Counted from the stretch's first letter, positions 26,701 to 41,638 are shown. The stretch is DNA of 64,000 nucleotides from Octopus vulgaris (GCA_951406725.2 OX597837.1:15686001-15750000); one strand, 5' to 3'. Made by a program: numbers and translations. The notes: generated from the letters alone by a model not told the origin.

Positions 26701-27973
26701 CCCTTAGGGTCAGGGTCTTAGTATGTGGCTGGATTTTTAACAGACTTATCTTCTATTTCTTACTTGCTTTCATCATTGGGCTTTGGCCATACGGGAGCAT
26801 TGCCTTTGAAGGGTTTTAGTCAAACGGATCGACCCCCCACCTCCACCCCACCATGACCACTTAAAGTCTGGTACTTGTTCTATCAAGTCTGTTTTGCTGA
26901 AGGACTAAGTTATGATGACATAAACAAACCAACCCAGGTTGTCAAGCAGTAGTGGGTGGGGGCCTTTGTTTTTATACCACCCGGTAGTTGTAAACGAACG
27001 CCATGTCACACAAGCTGTGCCATTCATCTCCAGTCTTCTGTCAAAACATGTCTGGCCATGGGGAAATATTCCCTTATTTGGAAACAAGTGGAGGGTTGGG
27101 GACAGAAAAGGCATCCAGCCCCCAAAAATGAAAACAGCAACAACCTTTAGAATGGAAAACTTCACACACACACACACATACTCTCTCCCTCACACACACA
27201 CACTGACTGATGGTTAGAAAAATGGACAGGTAGAGCCGCCACATAAATATAGGGGACATGTATAATGTAATAGAGCAGTTAAAAAGACAAAAAAAAAGGA
27301 GCCAAGCTGCTGTAATGGGTTCATCTGTTTGTCTTTGGAAAAAAAGGTTATCAAGCATCATTGAGATTTGTCATTATTCCAATATAGAAGTTCAAAAGGA
27401 AGGGGGAGGGAGCAGTTAGTTTTTGAAACAGGAAGGGAGCGTTTATTAGGGGTGCCTGCACAGGGATAGAAAAGGAAAGAAAGTTGGAAAAAAAAAGAAA
27501 AGAACAGAAAGTAAAAAGAAAAAGACCCCCCCCCCAATAAAGGGCTGATGTAATAAATCTTGACAATTAATTGTTTGTTGCTGTGTTGGCCTTTCTTTCA
27601 CAGGATTTCTCATTAACCCCTTCCCTTCTCCCAATTTGCCATCTTTTCCTTAAAAGAAACCCCTCATCTGCTCTGTTGTCTGAAATATGAGACTTAGAAG
27701 AGATTTCAATGTTATCATAAAGGTGTTAATAAAGTATTAATTTCAAATTTTGGCACAAGGCCAGCAATTTTTGGGGAGGGGGAAGTGAATTACACTGATC
27801 CCAGTATACAACTGGTACTTATTTTATCAGCAGTGAAAGGAAATCCAGGTGATGTGAGTCAGGAGGCATAAATCAAAGGTGGGGGGGACTCATATATTTT
27901 TGGTCCAACTGTTATCTTTTGGGGGGATTCTGTGGAGATGAAATATTTACATGTTTTGCATAGATTACACTCT

Positions 27974-28366
27974 CTCTTTTACTCTTTTATTTGTTTCGGT
28001 CATTTGACTGTGGCCATGCTGGAGCACCGCCTTTTAGTCGAGCAAATTGACCCCAGGACTTATTCTTTGTAAGCCTAGTACTTATTCTATCGGTCTTTTT
28101 TGCCAAACCACTAAGTTACGGGGGTGTAAACACACAAGCATCGGTTGTCAAGAGATGTTGGGGGGACAAACACAGACACACAAACACACACACACATATA
28201 TACGATGGGCTTCTTTCAGTTTCCGTCAACCAAACCCACTCACAAGGCTTTGGTTGGCCTGAGGCTATAGTAGAAGACACTTGCCCAAGGTGCCACACAG
28301 TGGGACTGAACCTGGAACCATGTGGTTCATAAGCAAGCTACTTACCACACAGCCACTCCTACACCT
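27974..28366 (-). mobile_element. SINE family A, full-length
   Basis: Colinear and highly similar to 13936-14343. Confidence 0.9.
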
Positions 28367-28766
28367 ATGTGTGGGTATGCGGCGATCCCCTGTTAGGGGC
28401 CCAATACTGCACCACAGCAATTATAGCCGCACATGTAATTAGTTCCGAGTACTTTTTAAAGGATATTATTTTTTTTTCTCTCTAAATGATGATTAGTATT
28501 TTCTATTGTATAAAGGTTTCTTGCTTACATAAGATCACAATCTGTTGGGGCTGCATTGTTTCATGTTATATGATGTACGTCTAGTTTTCAAAGCTCATAT
28601 ATAAGAGGATAGTCATGTTTTTCACTTCTGTCAATATTATGAAATGTGTAGGTATGTTGATTGTAACAAGTTTTGAATGTGTGTGAAGTAAACCCTATAT
28701 ATATTCTGTTTGAGAGTTGTGGGGCTTTACTTCCCATTGATAGGCTTTTTCTTAAGAGTTTAGACA

Positions 28767-28837
<71 letters not shown>

Positions 28838-29279
28838 GAGGGAGAAATAAATTTCCACAAGGAAAATCCAGTAATTAGATGTTTCAATTTTGCAAGTTTA
28901 GAATGACAGAATGTTTACTGTTTAGTTAAAACTTCAAGTGTCACCACAATGAATGAAGTTCAGATAAAATTTATTCAAATCTCTTACAAGTGCACCACAA
29001 TGCTATTATGAACGTTTAGAATTTGGGAAAATCCAAATTAGATATAAGAACCACCCCCACCCACTTACCCATCCACCTTCCCCCCGTTTCTCACTCACTT
29101 CTCAGTCTCTAAAAGCAATAAATGTTGATATATGATAAAATGTGTGTACGTACCTGTGTACATACCTACATACATAATACCTACATACATATATACATAC
29201 ATATATATATATATATACACATATATGTATATATAAGTATGTATGTATATATAAGTATGTATGTACATGTATGTATGTA

Positions 29280-29326
<47 letters not shown>

Positions 29327-30065
29327 ATACATAGAAACACACTCGTTATGTCTAACATGCAATATGGAAAGCTTTTAATATTACATTTCACAAACAATAA
29401 CAAGTTTGTGTAAATATTAATTTGATTTAAGCAGAATGAAAGTTTGTAGCACTTCCACCCCCACCCCCTCCATGGCATGACCTCCACCACCCACTCACCC
29501 CTGCCTCCACCCATTCCATGATTCCTACTCTTAACTTCTACCCATAATTGACAACTCCACCACCATCACAACAGAATGAATAGAATTAACCTGCTAAAAA
29601 TAGCAAATGCCCTCAAACTGCACTCAACTGCCTTTCAGAAAAGGAAGGGCACGTTGGATAATGTAGCCCTAGATACACAACGACTGAAAAAAAGGAAAAA
29701 AAAGGAACATTTTGGAACATTTTTGATCCTTAGTTTGTACTCAAACAGCTGAGGGAACTAAACAACAGGAAAATTATGGATACTTATCACAGAATGTGTT
29801 TGGTTGGCAACGGGCCTGCTGCAAGAATGAGGCGAAAAAGACCTTGTTGAATGCCTCATCTTCTGCATTCCTCATTCCCTTCACTAGATAATCACTTTTC
29901 CATGCAGGGATCACACAGACTTTGTTGAGGCAGATTTTCCAAGGCAAGTTGCCCTTCACTTGTTCCCCAGTCATGATATTTTCCTATGCCCAGACAGGGT
30001 TTCGCTAAATATTGGAAACGATGCAATCAAGTAAAAATACATCTCAAAACATGAGTGTATATATG

Positions 30066-30106
<41 letters not shown>

Positions 30107-30111
<5 letters not shown>

Positions 30112-30453
30112 ATTGAATATGTCCTTTGAAAACAAGGTCTACTGGATGTCAATTAAGTGCTCTTCTATGAAATATGTCTAAAATCTTAAAAGATATTTAA
30201 AGATTCCTGAGAGCGATTATATATTGGAGAGTAAAATAGTGAAATAGTTATATCTTAAAAAATCATAATATGGATGATAAGCATATAATATTAGTAATAT
30301 TATATTAATAGATAAATAAAGTACAGCTATGATTATTTAAAGGTTTTAAAACATTTTAATAATCATAGCTGTACTTTATTTATTAATGCAATATTACTAA
30401 TATTATATACTTATCATCCTTATTATGATTTTTAAGATATAACTATTTTACTC

Positions 30454-30463
<10 letters not shown>
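30107..30463. mobile_element. AT-rich palindromic element embedded in (TA)n
   Basis: Arms ~30218-30347 and ~30348-30463 are reverse complements (e.g. ATAAATAAAGTACAGCTATGATTATT / AATAATCATAGCTGTACTTTATTTAT). There is a ~110 bp unpaired left extension and (TA)n on both sides. Confidence 0.75.
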
Positions 30464-30501
<38 letters not shown>

Positions 30502-31660
30502 GTGTTTCTAATTTATAGTCCGCAGAAGTGACTGAGTGACCCAAGAGAGGAGGGTTTCATGCATTGGCCCTTATCAAGTAAATCATATTCTCTCGCAGCA
30601 ATCAACTGGTGTTAAGACAAGAAGATATAAACACACGCAGGATGGGCTTCTTTCAGTTTCCACCTGCCAAATCCACTCCCAAGGCTCTCGTCAGCTTGGA
30701 GCTAAAGCAGAAGATAGAAGTCACTCGCTCAAGGTGCCATGCAGTTGTTGTAAAGGAAACGATGTCACGTAAACAGGGAGGTTGCATTGTGTTGTGGGGA
30801 AGATGAGAATAATGCAGTGTAAAGATGCAATCACGCAGCTGGGATATTGAAGCATTTAGAGAGATGGTATCATGTGGGAGTGAGATAAAATCATGTGGCA
30901 GGGAGGGTCATGTTATGTAGCGGGGATATAATGGTTATTCCATAGAGTACACAAGTGATTTTGTGGAAAGGGAGGTTTATATTCAATAAATATACATAAA
31001 TACGCATACACACACACATACACATGTATGTATGTGTGTATGTATGTGTGTATATGTGTGTATGTATGTGTATATATATATATATGTATGCTCATCTTCC
31101 CTCGTCTTTCACTTCACTCTGTCTCTCATTTTTTCTCGCCCCTCCTTAATTCTTCTGTTCCTCTGCCTCTACCTCTCTCTCTTCTCACCCCATATGACCG
31201 GTGTTCGGCCAGGCCTGACCTTTCTTTCTGGGTTCCACTACCATCCATGTAACATCTATATTCCTCTCTATGCCTGTCATCTCTTATGTCCCTGCTGTAA
31301 GGCTTTACTTCCATACATCCCAGCTTAATTTAATTCATCCTTAGTTGAAAGACACCCATTGTTAATGTCCCGTTATTTGTATTTCTCTGGGTTTTTTTTT
31401 CCATCCTTGTTTTTGTATACATTTGTTGCTTTCTTCCAAGGAATCTAATGCTCTTAGCTTAGTTTTTCCTTGGGGCTGGCCAGATTAGAGCAATCTTGAG
31501 TATAACCAGCTGAAATTGCAAAGATAATCTGGCACTGGACTGAGGAAAGAAAACTCCGAATGACCTGTCCTGATTTCCTTTGGATTGGCTGTCTGGATGT
31601 TTTGCGTTCTTGTCCCTTTTCTGTATTTTTTATATATAAAACTAAAGCAGTGTACGAACA

Positions 31661-32016
31661 CTTATCTCTTACTTGTTTCAGTAATTGGACAATGGCCATG
31701 CTGGAGCACTGCCTGGAAGGGTTTTAATTGAACAGATCAACCCAAGTTATTATTTTTAAGCCTAGTACTCCATCAGTCTCTTTTGTTGAACTACTAAGTC
31801 ACAGGGAAATAAACAAACCCACACCAAGTTATCAAGTGGATGGGATGGAGACAAACACACACACACATGATGGGCTTCTACACAGTTTCTGTCTTCTTGA
31901 TTCACTCACAAGGCACTGGTTCACCTGGGGCTATAGTAGGAGGTATTTGCCCAAGGTGCCACACAGTGGGACTGAACCTGAAACCATGTGGCTGCAAGGG
32001 AGCTCCTTAACCCACG
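31661..32016 (-). mobile_element. SINE family A, diverged copy
   Basis: GGCCATGCTGGAGCAC tail block and TTGCCCAAGGTGCCACACAGTGGGACTGAACC head block. Confidence 0.8.
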
Positions 32017-35000
32017 GCCGTTTGTGTGTCTGTGGGTAGGTTATATCACATAGTCTGGCATGGAACTGGAGAAGAAGGAGTTTAGTGGACAGCGGGGGGG
32101 GGGAGAGAATAAAGAGTCAATGAAAGGTTTTTATGTATAAATAGTGGAGATGTGAGAGAAAGAGAGAGGGAGAGAGAGAGAGAGAGAGAGAGACGTAGAG
32201 GAAAAGAAAAGGGAAATGGGAAGAGAGAGAGGAGGAGAGAGGGGAGGAGGAGGAGGAGCATTATCGAGTTATCACCATTGAATATATTTCTATTGGCCAG
32301 TGACTGACCAGTCGTTGTTGTTGTTGTCGTTATGAAGCTGATATAAAGGTCAAAGGTATGAAATGCGTAGCTTCAGGCTTCCAACACAGAAATTTCTTGA
32401 CCATGATGAGAAAGATGGATGAAGCAGCAGCAGCAGTAGTAGTAGTAGTAACAGTAACAACCGACTATCTTTGGAATCCTTCCAGAAGTGAGTCTGACCA
32501 ACATTTTCCATTACATTATGTCAATATGTGTGTGTGTGTATATGAATATATATATAGTATGTATATATGTGTGTGTGTATGTATATATATATATATATAC
32601 ACACACACATTTATACATACATATGTGTATGTGCATATATACATTATACATACATATATATACGTACATGTGTGTGTGTGTCAGTGTGTGCATGCATGCA
32701 TGTGTGTGTGTGTGTGTGTGTGTGTGTACATGTATTGGACAGGACAGAAATCAATTCGGACTATAAAACACCCCACTCCACACCATATCCACCCCCTCCG
32801 CCCAACACACAACATCCCTGCCACTACCACCACCACCACCACCACCATTTCCACCAATCAACCAACCGACCGACTGACCAACCTGATTCCACTCCTGTCT
32901 ACCTCCTCACCAGCCCCCCCACTCCCTTCCACACCCACCGGCTGCTGCCAATTATTGCAGAAGCAATGAAGAGTAAGAGGAGAAGGAGGAGCTGAAGGAC
33001 ATGAAGGAGTAGGAGAGAATGATTGAAGTATGGTTACGCTAGTCTCTCAGTGTTTAGTTCCAGTTCTGTTTAGTATCTCTTCTGTCGCTTTCATGAGCGA
33101 CCCTTTACCTTTTGGTACACTGAGTCCTCTCTCTTAATCAGCTGACTCTTGAATCTCAGCTCAGTCGGTTCTCATTGAGCTTATCGCCTGACCCTCAAAC
33201 CTCAGTTCACACCAAGCTCCATCTGACTCCATGCAATGGCCACAAACTTTGGTTGTGTGGTTAAACCTTCCACTTTGCAACTTCATAGTTTCAGTTTCAA
33301 TCCCAATGTGTGAAACCTTGGCCAAAGTCTTCTCGACCAAACCTTTGTTAAGTGGAATTTGGTGGCCAGAAACTGTGCGCAAGTCTATTCTTGACAAATT
33401 GCCCATCCTTTCCTTCCCACCTGACCCCACTGTCTATATTCTCTCTCCCAGAAAGAGGGAATTTGCTGTGAGGAGTGGAAAAATCTAACATTTTACACAG
33501 AGTTCTCCTTCAAGCAAAGATTGACCAAAACAAAATTTTCTCATTTCCCAGGACAGGTTAATTCCAATATATGTGTGTGTGTGTGTGTTGTGTAATTCTT
33601 GATCCAAAAGTGAAGATTGCATTTTAATGAAGGACTCAATACATTGCAAATGTAGTGTTATTTATTTTCTTTTCTAGAAAATGTATGTGACCCCTTGTGT
33701 CATACATAAAGTTGCTTCAATGTTCTCCCTTTTTCTGTCAGGGAACAAATATTTGTTTCTTGAGATAAAATGTGATAAAAACATTGAAACAACTTTTATG
33801 TGATTTAAGGTCCTACACTCCAAATAAAAGTGTGTTTAGTGTGCTTAGACCTTGTGCCTAAATATGTTGTCGAAAGATCAAAACATCCATAAGAAAACTG
33901 ATAGCCCCTTCGTCCATCTGTCAATCTATTTGGAGGAGGGAGTACCTCACAGCTGTTACTCAGAAGAACTTTAATTAGAATCTGGAAGTAGGAAACAGTC
34001 AAAGGCTTGGGAAAAGGGGATGGTGGGGGGCGGGGGTTTGCAAGTGCAGCCCTTAAAATTTGGGAGGGGGGAGTGCAGGGAAAACACTTTGAACATCTTC
34101 CTGAGAAACTTCACTGGATTTGGGTTTGCCCCCTGGAAGCTAATTGTGTTGCTGCACCCATGGAAGCAGCCCCTATTCTTGCCCAAGTCTTTCTTTATGA
34201 AAACATAAATCAACACAGAAGACAATATTTATTCATCCATCTGTCCATCCATAAGAACAAGGGAGTATCTCACTGCTGATACTCAGAGTAACTCTATTTA
34301 TCCTGTGGCAGCAGAAGGCATCTCATATACCTCCCCCCCCCTCACCTTTCATATCACAACATAAAAGAAAATCTCTCTCTCTCTCTCTCTCCATCTGTTC
34401 ATCCCAAAGAACAAAGGAGTACCTCGTGGGTGCTACTCAGGGTAATGATATTTAGGCATTTGCAGGAGAAAGCAGTTCATATTCTGCTCCCCCCCACCGC
34501 CCTTTTTATCCCCGACATCGGCCAATAATCTACCAGGGAGTATTTATTTATCCATCTGTCCCTCTATTTTCCTTGCAGTCCCTTTTATTACATTCTCCCT
34601 ACGGTTTGCTTCTCTCTTTTATTTGTGTTGCCACCACCGCCGCCACCACAGCAGAATCCCCCACTGCCAAAGACAGCGGTAACTCCCCCACCATGCCCAC
34701 AACCGACTACAGAAATAGTAAGACTATCCACACCACCACCACTAGTATCACCTACACCGCCCCCACCAGCACTAATATCATCCAGCTACTGTCATCAAGA
34801 CCACAAATAGCAAGGCATCCACCACCACCGCCGCCGCCGCCACCACCACCACCACCACCACCACCACCACCACCTCCACCTCCGCCAACTTCCATCATGA
34901 CCACAAACAACAACAAAATTAGTAAAGCTGTCACCACCACCACCACCATCAGTATGATTATAAGCTATCATGACCATAACCACCACCACCTTCTCCTCCA

Positions 35001-35484
35001 CCACTAACAAAACTACTACCATCACCACTACCACCACCACCACCAAACCACTTCTCTCTCCTTCCCCTCCCTCACCGCCGCCTCTACAGCCCTCCCCCCT
35101 CCCCATCATCGTGCTATTATTGATTATCAGACTGTATTCTGGCTCTGTGGCAATATTTCATTATCTCAATGGTTGCAATGTAATCTACCTTCATATCAAT
35201 AGCATTACACACACACTCACCTCCCACCTCACCATCCCACCCACCCCACACACACGCACGCACACACACATATATATATAGGCATAAATACATATATACG
35301 TATGTATGTATAATTGTATGTACATATGTTGTATAGGTATGTGTGTGTGTGTGTGTGTGTGTGTGTATACAGAGGGATAAATTATAGATCCATATACATT
35401 TAGTAATTGTATAAAAGTAATCTATAAAACGCACGTATTTGAAATACTACACTGCAAACATATATACACTCACTTTCTAATTAT

Positions 35485-36385
<901 letters not shown>

Positions 36386-36537
36386 ACACACAAACACAGA
36401 CACTTTATAATTATGCGTTCAATTCTATAAAATATAAAGATTCTACCTACATATACAATTGCACACGGAGTTCCCACAAATACACACGGACACACATGTC
36501 TTCGTGTGTATTTATGTATACAAACACACTTCAGTTT

Positions 36538-36574
<37 letters not shown>

Positions 36575-36696
36575 TATATACATATGGAAAGAGAGAAAGA
36601 GAGAGAGAGAGAAATGGTGAAGGAGGCAATGAAAACTAGATATAATTAATATAGCCAATATATGAATGGCTGTATATATATGTATGTATGTGTATA

Positions 36697-36730
<34 letters not shown>

Positions 36731-37432
36731 CACATACATACATATATATATATATGTGAGAGAGAGAAAGAGAGAGAGAGAGAGAAAATGAGAGAGAGAG
36801 AGAGAAAGAGAGAGAGAGAAAGAGAGTGAGAGAGAGAAAGAGAGAGAGAGAGAGAGAAAATGAGAGAGAGAGAGAGAGTAAGTGTGATAATTTGGAAGAG
36901 TTCTGTGATAGAGTAATGAAACAGTTACTTTGATAATAGGAGGTGCAGGCAGAGAACATTTGAAGGAGAAGTAGTAGGAGGAGGAGGAGGTAGTGTAGGT
37001 AGGAAGGTTTGGGGGGAGGAGGAGGGGGTGGATTTAAAGAACAAACGGTGGGTGGGGAGGGAGGGAGGGAGGGAGATGAAAGGGAGGTGGGGAGGGGAGG
37101 GGGGAGAGTATTAGAACAATCTGAATATTGCAAAACAAAACACAAGTGGGGAGGAGGAGGAGGAGGAGGAGGAATGAGAGAGATTTAAATTAAAATATAC
37201 ATAAATATGTATGTATGTACATGTGTGTGTGTGTGTGTGTGTATATGTAAATGTATGTATGTATATATATATATATATGCAAATGTATGTATGTATGTGT
37301 GGAATAAATAAAGACAGAAAAGTTAATGAATGTTATTTTATCTTTTTTTTTTTTTGAAAAAATTTCTTTTTTTAAAAATTGTGCAAATAAACTGTAGCAA
37401 AATATCTTAAAAAAAAACTTGTCAAAACAACA

Positions 37433-37474
<42 letters not shown>

Positions 37475-38389
37475 AAAATAACAAAACCAGTATCTTTGTG
37501 TTTGTGTGTATATGCATGTGTATATGTTATGTATGTATGTATATAAATATGTATATATATAAATATGTATATATAAATATGTATATACTCTTGAACATAA
37601 AAATATTTGAAAATCATACACACATACAGAAATGCAGAGAGAGAGAAAGAGAGAGGGAGAGATGGAGGGGAAGAGAAAGAAATCTAAAATCTGAATCGAG
37701 AAAAAAAAAAATACCAATTTCTGAATTTAATTTATCAATATAATTTAGTTTCAGTCATAATTCACACCACCACCACCACCACTTCTACCACAAACTTCCA
37801 CACTGTCACCACCCTACCACCACCATCATAATAATAATTATTAACATCATAAAAATTCCACATCACCACTGCCACCTTTCCACACCACCACCGATACTAA
37901 CACCACCACCACCAACACTACCACCTCCACCACTTCTACCACAAACTTCCACACTGTCACCATCCTACCACCACCACCACCACACAGTTGCTGCTACCAC
38001 AATCATTAGGCGACTCTTCAAGGTCACCCAACTTGCTAGAAATAACAGTCAAGTCCCTCTCAAATCTTAACCCTTTTTCAGGAGACTGTTCATGGTCATC
38101 TGAATTGTTAGAAACAACAGCCAAGTCTTGTTGGAATTTCATTTCATCACCTTAGAAACATCCAAAGACATTTTAAGGTCACTGAACTTGCCAGAAATAT
38201 TTCGTCTCCTTCAAATTCTGACCGATCATCTTAATTGCATAAAAGAAGTTTAATGGTTGTACGGAATTGGTAAGGGAATCTTCTTGCTGTATTTAGTTTA
38301 GCATGAGGGATTATGAGGGATTACCAGAAACTCCTGGTCTGGCAGGGTTATCAGGGAGTTGTGCCAATCTGAGACAAAATCTCCGGACA

Positions 38390-38650
38390 CAGGAATGCTG
38401 TTGGCCGGTTCTGTCCAAGAAGCACACATAGCAACAAAATGGTTCTGAACATTCTTCTTTCATGTTTGAACACTTCTGACTGATGGCTTTTTTTTTTTTA
38501 CCAAACGACCATTGTTTCTGTAGAAGAGATCCAGCAATTCCTTGTGGTTTTCCTTCGAGTGGGAAGGGCAGGACATTTTCCTCCACTGGAGGATACAGTG
38601 AAAGATGTTGAGGGAGATGAATAAGTTGATGGCTTGGCCAAGGACCCTTT
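38390..38650 (-). mobile_element. Possible frameshifted DNA-transposase C-terminal Cys-rich fossil (piggyBac-like)
   Basis: Minus frames join as ..YPPVEENVLPFPLEGKP../FYRNNGRLVKK/AISQKCSNMKEECSEPFCCYVCFLD. This is a motif resemblance only. Confidence 0.3.
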
Positions 38651-38749
38651 GATCTTTGTCCAAGATTCCACCCACTTTTACAAGTTCCACTTGGAGTGAA
38701 AGGCAATGGTGGAGAAGGCTGTGCTGCCCTCTGGTAAATTCAACAGAAA

Positions 38750-39052
38750 GTGGTTGAGAGCAAGAAGGTTGCTTCCTAACCACAAGGTTCAAGGTTCAGT
38801 CCCACTGCGTGGCACCTTGGGAAAATGACTTCTATTATAGCCTGGATTTGGTATATGGAAACTGAAAGAAGCTCGTCATATATGTGTGTGTTTGGTGTGT
38901 TTATGTTCCTGTAACTTAGTGGTTCAGCAAAAGAGACCAATACAGTAAGTACCAGGCTAAAAAAAAAGGAAATATTGGGGTCAATTCATTCAACTAAAAC
39001 TTTTTCAAGGCAGTGCTCCAGCATGGCCAGTCTAATAACTGAAACAAGTAAA
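38750..39052 (+). mobile_element. SINE family A with internal deletions
   Basis: GGTTCAGTCCCACTGCGTGGCACCTTGGG head through GCTCCAGCATGGCC..GAAACAAGTAAAA tail. Confidence 0.8.
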
Positions 39053-39391
39053 AAAAAAAGGAGGGGGGGGGGGCTAAAGGGGCTATTCCTAGCTTCCTAG
39101 CATGCATTGCCCTTAAAGGTCAAGGAGCTAGAGAAGAGTGGTGGGGGGTCCTTATCCTTGCTAACCAAGGCAATCTAGTATGTGTGGGGTTGCTGCATGG
39201 CACCAAAATAACTCCTCTTGAGACTTTACCAAATCACCATCCTTGCCTTCATCTTCATCTTCCAGTTCATTTATTGTTTTACCTCATTCAATTTCTATGC
39301 AATCCTTACTCACCATTTTTATCCTGTCCATGTTGTGTTCCCCTCAACTGTGGCAAATGAAACACAAGTCTGTTGTTGTTGTTATAATTAA

Positions 39392-39945
39392 GATGGCAAG
39401 CGGGCAGAATCGTTAGCACACTGGGCAAAATGCTTGGAAGCATTTTGCTTGTCTGCATGTTCTGAGTTCAAATTTCACTGAGGTTGACTTTACCTTTCAT
39501 CTTTTCAAGGGCAATAGAATAAGTACCAGTTATGCACTGGGGTCAATGTAATCAACTTACCCCCACCCCTGAAATTGCTGGCCTTGTGTCAAAGTTAGAA
39601 ACCAACATTATTATTCCTATCAAGATGGCAAGCTAGCAGAAGCAATGAGCACACTGGGACAAAATGCTGGACAGTGTGTCTCCTGGCTTTTGTTTCAAAT
39701 TCCACAGAGGTCAGCTTTGTTTGTCATCCATTCAGGGTCAACAAAATAGGGGCTGGTTGAACACTTGGGTTGATGTAATTAACCAACCCCATCTTCCTTG
39801 AATTTCTGGTCTGTGTCAAAATTTGAAACCCTGGTGGCAAGCTGACAGAAGCGTTTGTGCATCGAGCAAAATGTTTTGTGGCATTTTTTTCTGTTTTTTC
39901 TATGACCCAAGTTCTGATTTTGACCCGTGACCAATTTTTCCTTTT
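39392..39945 (+). mobile_element. Head-to-tail array of three SINE family B copies
   Basis: GGCAAGC[GT].[GA]CAGAA heads at ~39395, 39627 and 39836. The first two end in TGTGTCAAA.TT.GAAACC. Confidence 0.75.
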
Positions 39946-40785
39946 GTGCAGGGCAGCAAGCCCACAGCCACATTATCCAAAGTAGAGTGGGATCGAAGAG
40001 ATTTAGTTGTTATTTCTAGCACATCGAACCACCATAGATAGATTTCATCAACTTGCCCCTCAGGTGAAAGAAGAACCTTGCAGGTGTGGGGGGAGGGGGA
40101 GGGAAGGAGGAAGTGGATTAAGGGATGGGGGGAAGGTAGAGTTAATGACACTGGAAAAAGAGAGAGACAAGGAATAAGAGTTGGTGGTGGTGGTGTGAGG
40201 AGGGAAAGTGAAATATGAGGTGGACGGATAAGAGAGATTAGAAAGCAGAGGATGTAATAGAGTCAGAGTAAATTATCAGGTGGGGGTGGGTGGGGGTATT
40301 ATATAGGTAAGGGGGAAGGGTGGAGGAAGACAGAAGGGGAAGAATAAAGAGAAGAGATTAAATCTGGGTTGTGAGATAGAGGGAGGGAGGGAGGGAGAGA
40401 AAGAGGAGGAGGAGGAAGAGGAGCAATAAGATGAACTCAGAGATATAAAAGAGTAAAAAGCAGGATGAGGGCTGGACGAAGAGTTAAATGGATAATTAAT
40501 GAGGTTGACTTTGGCATCAGGTTTGAAATGTTTACAAAGCAGAGGGAACTGCATACACACAAATACATACACACACACACATATATATATAATTCTATTA
40601 GTATGATAAACACAAAATGCAGTTGATGCTGTTTGTTCCCTACGCCTGTTTCGCTATTGTGGCTATTTGCTTTACTCTGCAGTGAATATTCATAGAACAA
40701 TTGGATGCAGATCCACAACTGTTCTCCTGGGAAACACTTTACTACATTATATTGACACAGATTAAATGCTATATGCAATATATTT

Positions 40786-41205
40786 AAGCCACAATATACA
40801 GATTCTGGGCCCCTACATTAATGGGAGCAGTCACTGCAAGTTTTGCATAGCTGAGTGAGCAAGGATCCTCATAGACTCCCTGAAGCCAGGATTACTGTAC
40901 TCTCACCAGCAAATGCTACCTACTGCAAGTATGGGATTCTCTGTTCTTCGAGGATATCTGGAAAGATCCTTATGAACTAAAAGCAGCCTGAGGGAAAAAC
41001 TCCCTGCTCATCGTCTTTTGGCCCAGATGAACTGGTCTAAGGAAGATAACCTATCCTTGCCAACCTGGATTGTTTATTCTTTGGTTGCTTACTAATTAAC
41101 TGACCGTAACAGATTCTTGCCTTCAATAGTCGAAGTGTTATATTTATTTGTCTTTGACTTTAGACTCTGATGAGCCATCACTTTATGACCAGACACAGAC
41201 TTAAC

Positions 41206-41208
<3 letters not shown>
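40786..41208 (+). mobile_element. Penelope-like element 3' fossil: endonuclease-like C-terminus plus pLTR with decayed hammerhead
   Basis: From 40802 translates ILGPYINGSSHCKFCIAE*ARILIDSLKPGLL../YCKY, resembling the recalled PY..G...C..C..E...I...LLN...C.H C-terminal motif of some PLE GIY-YIG ORFs. CTGATGA-GCCAT..ATGAC lies at 41167, and the segment ends at (TA)n. Confidence 0.55.
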
Positions 41209-41245
<37 letters not shown>

Positions 41246-41638
41246 TGCATACATTTGAATAGAAGTATGTTATTTGTCCAGTACCATTGGTTTCCTGTAG
41301 AAATTCCTACATTTTATTCAACTGGAAGTCGAACTGTGAAAGACATCCATGAAATAAATGGCAGAGTGTCACTTGACATTCGAATTCTGGAAGAATGCCA
41401 TTTACACATCAAATTCATGCTTGATCTAATGGTTAGGGATTTGCATTTGCGATTGTCAGATTGTGGATTCGATTCCCAGACTGGGCAGTGTGTTGTGTTC
41501 CTGAGGATTTTATGCTGCTCAGTTGCTGTGGGGAAGGGGACGGGCATGTCAAAGAGCAGACCCAACATTTCCTCTGCAGGTCATGAAAGGCGACTGAAAG
41601 AGGTTGAGGCAGGAAACCAAACAGTGATATTTTGAAAC

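Noticed and set aside
31536-31575. CTGAGGA..GAAT..GTC within a ~540-bp TA-flanked segment (31089-31630)
   Set aside because: GAAA is broken and stems I and II do not pair. The segment may be a repeat but could not be classified.
34573-35007. Pro/Thr-rich 144-aa ORF (also 60376-60798)
   Set aside because: Derived from (CCA)n/(CAC)n trinucleotide repeats, with no domain or splice support.
40634-40702. Minus-strand GAAAC-AGGC-GTA with upstream CTATGA
   Set aside because: The core lacks G5 and the stems only pair out of register, so it is too degenerate to call.
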